Of a DNA stretch of 64,000 bases, positions 41,149 through 48,991 are shown in pieces; the stretch's first letter is position 1, and each line of letters opens with the position of its first letter. This DNA comes from Candidatus Nomurabacteria bacterium (GTDB lineage: Bacteria > Patescibacteriota > Minisyncoccia > Phycocordibacterales > UBA9973): assembly GCA_026396065.1 (NCBI GenBank), contig JAPLXO010000006.1, positions 1,525 through 65,524 of the forward strand, in the 5' to 3' direction. A program made the position numbers and the translations under genes. The notes under the pieces were generated by a model. That model had not been told where the DNA came from. It did not search any database and worked only from the letters and a program-made list of their open reading frames with translations.

Positions 41149-42675
41149 ATGAATTATATAGACAACTTTTTAAATAAAATAACAATGTATAGAATAGTTC
41201 TTTATGTACTAATTAGTTTTTTTGCTTTTTCTGTTGTTTTATCTATATTTAAATTTTTGCCATACACACCGATAGATCTTATTTCATCATTAATAATGAT
41301 TTTATTTATTTCATGGATATCAAATATTATTTTTGCTTATGTATATGATGCGCCAACAAACATTGAATCAGTTTATATTACTGCCTTAATTTTATTTTTT
41401 ATAATCACTCCCGCACAAGGAGGCGTATATTCAGAATTTTTACCATTCGCTTTTTGGGCTTCAGTATGGGCTATGGCTTCAAAATATATTTTTGCAATTG
41501 GCAGAAAACATCTTTTTAATCCAGCAGCTTTTGCTGTAATTTTAACAGCCTTTACAATAAATCAATTTGCCTCTTGGTGGATAGGTACACTATCAATGCT
41601 ACCGATAGTATTGATAGGTGGATTTTTAGTAATCAGAAAAATTCGTCGTGCTGATTTACTATTTAGTTTTATTATTTCAGCATTAATTACAGTGACAATA
41701 ATCACTGTATTAAAAGGCTCAAATATACAAACTGCATTATTTAAAACACTAGCAAATTCAGCTTTCTTTTTCTTTGCTTTTATTATGCTTACAGAGCCAC
41801 TCACCGCCCCTACTACTAGATGGTTACGCATAATCTTCGGAGTAATAGTAGGAGCTTTATTTACACCATCATTACATATTGGTGGAATTTATTCTTCTCC
41901 AGAGCTCGCATTGGTTGTAGGAAATATTTTTGCTTATTTAGTAAGTCCAAAAGAAAAATTATTCTTAAAATTGAAAGAACGTATCAATGTAGGCACAGAT
42001 ACTTATGATTTTATTTTTCTTAAAGATCGAAGTTTTTCTTTCCGTCCAGGGCAATATATGGAATGGACTCTAAAGCATCGTGATCCTGATTCTCGTGGTA
42101 ATAGAAGATATTTTACGTTGGCATCATCCCCTACAGAACCAGAAATACATTTAGGTGTAAAATTTTACCCAGAACCAAGTAGTTTTAAAAATCATTTATT
42201 AGTATTACCTATTGGTGGAGAAATTATTGCTGCACAAAAATCTGGTGATTTCGTATTACCGACAAATAAAGATAAAGAGCTTGTATTTATAGCTGGTGGT
42301 ATTGGTGTCACACCATTTCGAAGTATGATTCAATATTTACTCGATAAAAAACAAAAAAGGAATATCACTATACTGTATTCAAATAAAAAAGTTTCTGATA
42401 TTTCTTATAAAGAAGTTTTTGATAGAGCCAAAAAAGAACTAGGGATAAAGACAATTTATTCTATTACAGATAAAGGAGAAACAAATCTAGGTGAATCAAT
42501 GATAAGTGGAATTATTGATGCCCGCGTTATAGCAAAAGAAGTTCCTGACTATACAAATAAAGTATTTTATATATCAGGACCACATGGTATGGTAGATGCG
42601 TTTGAAAACACTCTCAAATCTATGGGTGTACCAAATAGTAATATTAAAATCGACTTCTTCCCTGGTTTTGCTTAA
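41149..42675 (+). CDS. fusion of NqrB/RnfD-like membrane domain and FNR-like FAD/NAD(P)-binding reductase domain
   Basis: ~7 TM N-terminus with HLFNPAAF and MLTEPLTAPTT (NqrB/RnfD-like TDP motif); C-terminus with RRYFTLAS (RxYS FAD site) and GGIGVTPF (NAD site). Confidence 0.6.
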   Translation: MNYIDNFLNKITMYRIVLYVLISFFAFSVVLSIFKFLPYTPIDLISSLIMILFISWISNIIFAYVYDAPTNIESVYITALILFFIITPAQGGVYSEFLPFAFWASVWAMASKYIFAIGRKHLFNPAAFAVILTAFTINQFASWWIGTLSMLPIVLIGGFLVIRKIRRADLLFSFIISALITVTIITVLKGSNIQTALFKTLANSAFFFFAFIMLTEPLTAPTTRWLRIIFGVIVGALFTPSLHIGGIYSSPELALVVGNIFAYLVSPKEKLFLKLKERINVGTDTYDFIFLKDRSFSFRPGQYMEWTLKHRDPDSRGNRRYFTLASSPTEPEIHLGVKFYPEPSSFKNHLLVLPIGGEIIAAQKSGDFVLPTNKDKELVFIAGGIGVTPFRSMIQYLLDKKQKRNITILYSNKKVSDISYKEVFDRAKKELGIKTIYSITDKGETNLGESMISGIIDARVIAKEVPDYTNKVFYISGPHGMVDAFENTLKSMGVPNSNIKIDFFPGFA

Positions 42676-42681
42676 ACTAGG

Positions 42682-43095
42682 CTATTCGAAATTAATTTTA
42701 AAACTATACATTCCCATTCCACAAACTCCTTTTAGTGGCTCGCCAGCTTTTGGTGTGCCGATGTCTATTTCTGTCTCCCCTGTTTGGGGTAACATTTTTT
42801 GATAATTAAGTGAATGAATTACGAGAGCTGAAGAACAACTAAAAGCTCCGTTTGTTTTCATAATTAATTTTGTAGGAATTCCAGCTTTGGCATTTGAAAC
42901 TGCAGGTGAATAACCATTTGTCGCATCGATTGTAATATATTGGATGCCATCTTTTACTGAAACATTTGAAACAAGTGATTGACCATATATTCCACCTTCT
43001 TCATTTTTAGATTTTGGACTTTTGGTAATGATAAAAATAATGCCGGCCAAAAGTGCGACTGTGACGACTATTGAAATAATTTTATTTGTATTCAT
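42682..43095 (-). CDS. secreted cupredoxin-like (copper-binding) protein
   Basis: N-terminal TM; Cys/His/Met-rich C-terminus (CSSALVIH ... GVCGMGMY) as in EfeO-type cupredoxin domains. Confidence 0.45.
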   Translation of the reverse strand: MNTNKIISIVVTVALLAGIIFIITKSPKSKNEEGGIYGQSLVSNVSVKDGIQYITIDATNGYSPAVSNAKAGIPTKLIMKTNGAFSCSSALVIHSLNYQKMLPQTGETEIDIGTPKAGEPLKGVCGMGMYSFKINFE

Positions 43096-43097
43096 AT

Positions 43098-44159
43098 TTA
43101 TATATTAAATAATGGATTAATAATACCAAGACCAGCCAGCCCTGCCAAGAGTGCAAAGATTCCAAGACCGAGAACAATCACACCTGCGGATTTGAAAAAG
43201 AGTGGCGCGTGTTTGGAATGTGCGAATGATACAGAACTGAAAGAAAGAAGTGCGAGCACAGGCAATGTGCCGAGGGCAAAGGCTAGCATAATTAAAAATC
43301 CAGAGGTAAAAGATCCGCTCGAGAGTGCCGAGACTTGCATTGATTGAGTGAAACCACAAGGCAAGAAAAATGTACCGATACCAATGAGAAGCGGGGCAAA
43401 AGTCGCATGTTCAGCTTTTCGAAAAAAAGAAAATATCCAACTTGGTAGTGTAAGTTTATTTTTTTTGATAATGCCGAGTAAATTTATTCCTAGTAAAATC
43501 ATCACGATAGATGCGATGAGTCCGAGGATTGCCGAGAAAATAAAATTGATGCCGATTGCTTTGCCGACGAGGCCGAGCACTCCGCCGAGTACAGCGAAGC
43601 CGAGCAATCGCCCTGCGTGGAAAAGGATAAAAGGTTTCTTTGTAGATTTTGGATTGCCTTGATCATCCTGCGCGACTTTGGCAGATAAAGAAAGGACCAA
43701 TCCGCCGACAATTGCGAGACAGCTCGAAAGCGAAGCGATAATTCCGATAATAAAACTCGTCGCTGGTGTCGTCTTTCCACCAATACCGAGATTCAAAAGT
43801 CCTGATTTTTGTAATAGAAAAAATAAAACCAAAAATACTAAGCCTATCGGTATAGCTTTCCAAATAACTTCATTATCTTCTTTTGAAGGTTTTCTTGTGG
43901 TGAGCTTGTCGAATCCATCTAGAGATAAAGTGTATTTATTTCCTTTAACTTTTTCATTTAAAATATTTACCAATTCCTCAACTGGTTTTTCACTATCAGT
44001 TTCAATCTCAACTATTTCTTTTTTCAAATCTACTTTCACACTTTTAACTAAAATTTGCTCGGCTTGTGGTGAGCTTGCCGAATCCATCAAAATATCTTCA
44101 ATCAATATCTTGCACGATGCGCAATGCGTCCCCGAAACATGTAATGTGTATTTTTTCAT
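43098..44159 (-). CDS. HMA-domain protein fused to CcdA/DsbD-like polytopic membrane domain
   Basis: N-terminal GTHCASC heavy-metal-associated motif; 6-8 TM C-terminal domain with a Cys pair. Confidence 0.55.
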   Translation of the reverse strand: MKKYTLHVSGTHCASCKILIEDILMDSASSPQAEQILVKSVKVDLKKEIVEIETDSEKPVEELVNILNEKVKGNKYTLSLDGFDKLTTRKPSKEDNEVIWKAIPIGLVFLVLFFLLQKSGLLNLGIGGKTTPATSFIIGIIASLSSCLAIVGGLVLSLSAKVAQDDQGNPKSTKKPFILFHAGRLLGFAVLGGVLGLVGKAIGINFIFSAILGLIASIVMILLGINLLGIIKKNKLTLPSWIFSFFRKAEHATFAPLLIGIGTFFLPCGFTQSMQVSALSSGSFTSGFLIMLAFALGTLPVLALLSFSSVSFAHSKHAPLFFKSAGVIVLGLGIFALLAGLAGLGIINPLFNI

Positions 44160-44166
44160 AAAATTT

Positions 44167-45030
44167 TTAATTAGTTTTTAATTTCAATAACTTTTTTTCT
44201 AAATCTTCTAAATAATAATAAGGTGCTGACTTTAATTTTATTGCCTGTCTAGTTTCTTCAAGAACTAGTTTATTGTTTTTCTTTCCAATTTTTAATAAAA
44301 ATGCAAAAAAAGTACAATTCTCATGTTTTCCTGTTTCTTTTACATTTAACATTTGAATTAAAATTGGTACTAAAATTTCCTTTGGAAACTCTAAAACTTT
44401 TGAAACAAAAACTTCGTCACTAAAAATAGTATCTCCTACATTTTTAATTTTTTCTACACTTTTTTTTAATTCAATAGCTTCTTTTTTAGAAAGTTTATCT
44501 AAATAATTTTTTATATTTATGCTTTTTTGATCAACAAATTCCTTTTCTAAAAGTACAACAACCCATTCTTTAGATAAGTTAACCAAACTATGAAAATTAC
44601 CCCAACCACTTTCTTTAACAACATAAAACCAGTTTTTCCAAGATTTTAATTGACTTTTACAGTATTTTTTAGAAAATCTAGCATAAAGAGAAGTTTTTTC
44701 TGTTGGGATGTTACGAGTTATTGCAAAGTCTAATCTTACTTCTCTGGTAATTGGTTTAAAACCTTTTTTCAACGGATTAATTTTGCCTAAAATTTTTACT
44801 CTTGCTTTTCTAGTTTCAGGATGAGGATTCAATAAATCAATTTCGTCACCAGCAAAACCATAAGGAGGAAATACAATAATTCTTTTTGTAAATTTTGTAT
44901 CTTCAACTTTTAAACGAATAAAAAAACATGCTGGTCTTACAACAATTTCAAAACTTTCTGTGCCAAGAAACTTTTTTACAGTTTCTTTAAATAAATAAGA
45001 CCCAGCAATTTGTTTAAAATTAAATTCCAT
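44167..45030 (-). CDS. hypothetical protein within copper locus
   Basis: 287 aa, no TM, no recognisable motif. Confidence 0.35.
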   Translation of the reverse strand: MEFNFKQIAGSYLFKETVKKFLGTESFEIVVRPACFFIRLKVEDTKFTKRIIVFPPYGFAGDEIDLLNPHPETRKARVKILGKINPLKKGFKPITREVRLDFAITRNIPTEKTSLYARFSKKYCKSQLKSWKNWFYVVKESGWGNFHSLVNLSKEWVVVLLEKEFVDQKSINIKNYLDKLSKKEAIELKKSVEKIKNVGDTIFSDEVFVSKVLEFPKEILVPILIQMLNVKETGKHENCTFFAFLLKIGKKNNKLVLEETRQAIKLKSAPYYYLEDLEKKLLKLKTN

Positions 45031-45033
45031 AAA

Positions 45034-47331
45034 TTATAATTTCTTAACCTTAATTCTAAGTGAATTCGACACGACACTGACACTACTAAAAGCCATTGCG
45101 AGGCCGGCGAAGACGGGGTTTAGGAGCCAGCCGAAGATCGGATAGAAAAGGCCGGCAGCGAGCGGAATGCCTACTATATTATATATGAAAGCCCAGAAAA
45201 GATTTTGTTTAATTCCGCGCATGGTGATTTTCGAAAGTTTGATCGCTTTGACGAGCTTGGAAATATCTCCGTGTAGAAGCGTAATCCCTGCCGACTCGAT
45301 AGCCACATCGGTGCCCGTGCCCATAGCGATGCCGACATCGGCTTGGGCGAGAGCGGGTGCGTCGTTCACACCGTCTCCAGCCATAGCGACGACGCGCCCG
45401 TTATTTTGCAATTCTTTTATCTTCGCGAGTTTGTCCGCAGGCATCACATGCGCCACGACTTCATCGATGCCGACGAGTGATGCCATATATTTTCCAGCTT
45501 TCTCATCATCCCCAGTGAGCATAATTACTTTGATGCCGAGTTTATGCAAATCAGTGATCGCTTGTTTCGATTCAGTTTTTATTTCATCAGCGACTGTGAG
45601 GAAACCAATTACTTCCATTTTTGTAGCGAGAATCACTGGAGTCTTTCCTTGCATTGTATATTGTTCGATTTTTGTCGCGTTAAAATTAATTCCCAAATCT
45701 TTTATCATTTTCACATTGCCGACAAAATATTCTATGCCGTTCACTGTACCCCTAATTCCCTTGCCTTCTATATTTTCAAAATTACTTATTTCTTCTATTT
45801 TTATTTTATTTTCTACTGCGTAGTTCACAATTGCATTTGCAATAGGATGCTCTGACTTTTTTTCTAATGATGCGATGATTGAAATGAATTCAATCTCTGG
45901 CTCCTCAAGGACGGTCCTTAAAGAAGTCCCAAAGGACCGTCCTTTACCCGCCAGTTCGATGTCCACCAATGTCGGCTTACCGATAGTTATCGTGCCTGTT
46001 TTGTCGACAATCACGGTATCAACTTTGTGAAGTTTCTCGAGTGTCGCTGCATCTTTAATTAAAATTCCTTCTTTTGCACCTTTACCGACGCCGACAATTA
46101 TTGCTGTCGGTGTAGCGAGCCCGAGCGCACAAGGGCAAGCGATCACCAGCACGCCAACAAAACACATGAGCCCGTATGAAAGTGCTTGTGAAAAGCCGAG
46201 CGGGCCTGAAGCAAAAAAAAGCCAAGCTCCGAGTGTGATGAATGCAATCACCAAAACAATTGGTACAAAGATTGCCGAAATTTTATCAGCGAGGGCTTGA
46301 ATCGGTGCTTTACTACTTTGTGCTTCTTCAACCATTTTAATAATTTGCGCTAGTAATGTTTCCCCTCCGACTTTTGTCGCTTTGAAATTAAAAGTGCCTG
46401 TGGTATTTATCGTCCCTGCCACGACATTATCCCCAATATTTTTCTTCGCTGGCATCGGCTCACCCGTCACCATTGATTCGTCGACAAAAGAATTCCCTTC
46501 TACAATAGTTCCGTCCACTGGAATTTTTGCTCCAGGTTTAATAATAATTATATCGCCATGCACAACTTCGTTTACAGAAATTTCAATTTCTTTTCCATCA
46601 CGAATAACGAGCGCGGTTTTTGCTTGTAAATTTAAAAGTTTTTCTATTGCATCCCCTGTTTTTAATTTCGAACGAGTTTCTAAATATTTACCAAGGGCAA
46701 TAAAAGTGATGACAATAATTGTGACGTCAAAATATGTCACGCCAACATTTGGAAAATCTTTTAATAAAGTTTCTTCAAAAGCACCTACCATGAAACTGTA
46801 AAAATAAGCGACAGAGGTTCCAAGTCCTATCAATGTATCCATATTCGCTTTACCTGTTTTTAGGAAACGATAAAAACCTTGTAGATAAGGTTTACCTACC
46901 ACAAAGAGCATATACGTCGCCATCAAAGGCAAAAGATGATGGAAAAATTCTTCCCAAACTAAAGGCATACTATACTGTGTTTTGAATTGCGCCAAAATAT
47001 CCCAAGTCATGACAAAAACACTAATTACGGCGAGTGGAATTGCTGAAATAATTTTTATCTTCATATCTCTAAGTTCTGCCAACTTTTCACTTTTACCTGT
47101 AGCAAGAACCGTTCTTGCTACAGGAATAATTAGAGAGTAGCCAAGTGACTCGAGTTTTGTATTTAAACTTTCTGGATTTGTTTTACTTTCATCATAAGAG
47201 ATTTTTGCACTTTCTGTTCCAGTGTTTACAGAGATTTCTTGCACGCCATCAATTTTCTTCACAGTTCTCTCGATAATACTAGCGCAAGATGCACAGTGCA
47301 TGCCTTTTACTTTATAAGTTTTATTTTGCAT
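45034..47331 (-). CDS. copA: copper-translocating P-type ATPase
   Basis: N-terminal HMA GMHCASC; TM CPC motif (ACPCALGLATP); DKTGTIT phosphorylation site; GDGVNDAPAL. Confidence 0.9.
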   Translation of the reverse strand: MQNKTYKVKGMHCASCASIIERTVKKIDGVQEISVNTGTESAKISYDESKTNPESLNTKLESLGYSLIIPVARTVLATGKSEKLAELRDMKIKIISAIPLAVISVFVMTWDILAQFKTQYSMPLVWEEFFHHLLPLMATYMLFVVGKPYLQGFYRFLKTGKANMDTLIGLGTSVAYFYSFMVGAFEETLLKDFPNVGVTYFDVTIIVITFIALGKYLETRSKLKTGDAIEKLLNLQAKTALVIRDGKEIEISVNEVVHGDIIIIKPGAKIPVDGTIVEGNSFVDESMVTGEPMPAKKNIGDNVVAGTINTTGTFNFKATKVGGETLLAQIIKMVEEAQSSKAPIQALADKISAIFVPIVLVIAFITLGAWLFFASGPLGFSQALSYGLMCFVGVLVIACPCALGLATPTAIIVGVGKGAKEGILIKDAATLEKLHKVDTVIVDKTGTITIGKPTLVDIELAGKGRSFGTSLRTVLEEPEIEFISIIASLEKKSEHPIANAIVNYAVENKIKIEEISNFENIEGKGIRGTVNGIEYFVGNVKMIKDLGINFNATKIEQYTMQGKTPVILATKMEVIGFLTVADEIKTESKQAITDLHKLGIKVIMLTGDDEKAGKYMASLVGIDEVVAHVMPADKLAKIKELQNNGRVVAMAGDGVNDAPALAQADVGIAMGTGTDVAIESAGITLLHGDISKLVKAIKLSKITMRGIKQNLFWAFIYNIVGIPLAAGLFYPIFGWLLNPVFAGLAMAFSSVSVVSNSLRIKVKKL

Positions 47332-47335
47332 AAAA

Positions 47336-47599
47336 TTATTTTCTTTTAAGCTGATACACTTTTAAAATTTCACCGACAGCTTTCGCTGTCTGTCCTTTTT
47401 TAATTTGATCAATAGCACAACAACCTAAATGATTTTCGAGTAATACATCTTCGATATTTGAAAGACCTTGCTTCACTGCAGAAGTTTGCGTAATCACATC
47501 AATACAATATTTATCTTTTTCTATCATATCTTGCAACCCCCTCACCTGCCCTTCAATTATTTTTAATCTACGTATTATTTTTTGTTTATCTTTATGCAT
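47336..47599 (-). CDS. csoR: CsoR/RcnR-family metal-sensing repressor
   Basis: RLKIIEGQVRGLQDMIEKDKYCIDVITQ...HLGCC with the conserved Cys/His ligand positions. Confidence 0.75.
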   Translation of the reverse strand: MHKDKQKIIRRLKIIEGQVRGLQDMIEKDKYCIDVITQTSAVKQGLSNIEDVLLENHLGCCAIDQIKKGQTAKAVGEILKVYQLKRK

Positions 47600-47608
47600 A
47601 TTTATAGT

Positions 47609-47626
47609 ATACCCCCTGGGGGGTAT
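47609..47626. promoter_or_regulatory. candidate CsoR operator (GC-rich inverted repeat)
   Basis: ATACCCCC-tg-GGGGGTAT 10 nt upstream of the csoR start; matches the TACCC..GGGTA type of known CsoR operators. Confidence 0.55.
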
Positions 47627-47710
47627 TAATGCAAGTCTATAAAAATATGGCTGTGGAAAACAAACAAAGCCGGAGATAAAATCTCCGGCTTGTTACAATT
47701 ACATTAATAA

Positions 47711-48565
47711 TTACTTCTTCCTTTTAAAATTGGAATCGTAATTAACTACAGATACCTTCCTGCTAACCTCATAAAACAATACAGCTTCCTGTTGATAATA
47801 TTCAGCTGTAAAATCCACGATTTTATTAATCTGCTTTTCAGTACAAAGAAGTTTTACAGGAATCATGCGTTCCTGATAGGTTATACCCTCTTTGTTTACC
47901 CAAGTACCACGGGTGGGATTTTCGATTGTTAATCCCTTTGTAATCTTTTGAACAAATTGGTCCCATTTTTTATGGTACTCAACTTCAACCTTCACATGAT
48001 TGTTGAAATGAGTTGGAACAAGAATTTCCCAAAGAACTTTTTCTGGCCTTCTGGAAGAAAGAAGCTTCTCGTTTAATTTTTTAAGAACAACCATAGGCAC
48101 TAAATGAGAAACAATTTTTTTCCAAGTTGGATCAATTCCAACCAAACTTTTTACAATTGAAGAGCTAATCGCCTTAAATTCAGGTAAACAGTGTACGAAA
48201 ATTGTCTCAACTTGAGGACAAATTTTTCTGTTTATTGCAGCGATTATTTCTTCATCAAGTAAATCTTTGTCACTTCTGATTCCACGGATTGTTTTCTTTG
48301 CACCTAAAGAGTAGGTGTATTTTACAGCATAATGATTTTTTAAAATTTCAACGCTGACATTAAATATGTGAGCGACAGATTTTTTAATCATATCTACCCT
48401 CTCTTCTGTGTTAAACAAAAATGTACTTTTCTTGTCCTGATTTACAGCAACAAGAATTATAAATTTATCATAACGTGGTGCCATCCTTTGTACTATATCT
48501 AAATGACCATTTGTAAAAGGATCAAAACTTCCAGTGAAAGTTGCTATTCGATTTTTAGGTTTCAT
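47711..48565 (-). CDS. coaD: phosphopantetheine adenylyltransferase (CoaD) fused to ~120-aa C-terminal domain of unknown function
   Basis: GSFDPFTNGHLDIV HxGH nucleotidyltransferase motif in the first 160 aa; an uncharacterised domain follows. Confidence 0.65.
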   Translation of the reverse strand: MKPKNRIATFTGSFDPFTNGHLDIVQRMAPRYDKFIILVAVNQDKKSTFLFNTEERVDMIKKSVAHIFNVSVEILKNHYAVKYTYSLGAKKTIRGIRSDKDLLDEEIIAAINRKICPQVETIFVHCLPEFKAISSSIVKSLVGIDPTWKKIVSHLVPMVVLKKLNEKLLSSRRPEKVLWEILVPTHFNNHVKVEVEYHKKWDQFVQKITKGLTIENPTRGTWVNKEGITYQERMIPVKLLCTEKQINKIVDFTAEYYQQEAVLFYEVSRKVSVVNYDSNFKRKK

Positions 48566-48589
48566 TATATATTAATTTAAATTTATACT

Positions 48590-48636
48590 CAGTGAATTAC
48601 TTCAATTTCCATATAGAAAAACAAAGTAATTCACTG
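48590..48636. other. perfect 13-bp inverted repeat in the coaD upstream region
   Basis: CAGTGAATTACTT-(21 nt)-AAGTAATTCACTG. Confidence 0.4.
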
Positions 48637-48771
48637 AAATACAATAAAAATCAAATACAACAAAGAACATACTATTAACAGCATAATATCATTATTATTA
48701 AAAAAGTCAATTTAAGTTAGATTAGAAAAATAGGGTTGTTTTTTATTGAAATTCTGCTAAAATAGTTTTAT

Positions 48772-48899
48772 TCGGGAGTTGGCAAGCGGTGGAGTGAGCT
48801 TGGGATGGGACCCAGGCGCAAGGCCGGAGCGCGACGGCGCGAGGCAAGGCTATAGAATTTTTCAGTAGAAAAATATCTGGAGCGTCGCCTGTTAATCTG
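48772..48899 (+). repeat. tRNA-associated GC-rich structured repeat, copy B, embedded in a degenerate tRNA-Asn-like leader
   Basis: 5' end TCGGGAGTTGGCAAGCGGTGGAG mimics the tRNA-Asn acceptor/D arm; core GCCGGAGCGCGACGGCGCGAGGC (48823-45); AT hairpin ATTTTTC-agta-GAAAAAT (48857-74); 3' end GTCGCCTGTTAA mimics the Asn anticodon arm; extended -10 TGCTAAAAT at 48755-63. Confidence 0.5.
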
Positions 48900-48919
48900 A
48901 ATAAAAAATGTAAAAACAT

Positions 48920-48991
48920 TCGGGAGTAGCTCAGCGGTAGAGCGGTCGCCTGTTAAGCGATTGGTCGTAGGTTCGATCCCTACCTCCCGAG
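48920..48991 (+). tRNA. tRNA-Asn (anticodon GTT)
   Basis: Acceptor TCGGGAG/CTCCCGA, D-arm GCTC/GAGC, anticodon loop CTGTTAA, T-loop GTTCGATC. Confidence 0.85.

Noticed and set aside
48772-48899. Copy B as a functional tRNA gene
   Set aside because: Acceptor-like and anticodon-like ends are present, but no D-stem or T-arm can be folded and a ~90-nt insert interrupts it. Treated as a tRNA-like leader or scar rather than a tRNA
4331-48899. GC-rich repeats as a CRISPR array
   Set aside because: Only three dispersed copies tens of kb apart, not a tandem array of regularly spaced repeats; no cas genes nearby
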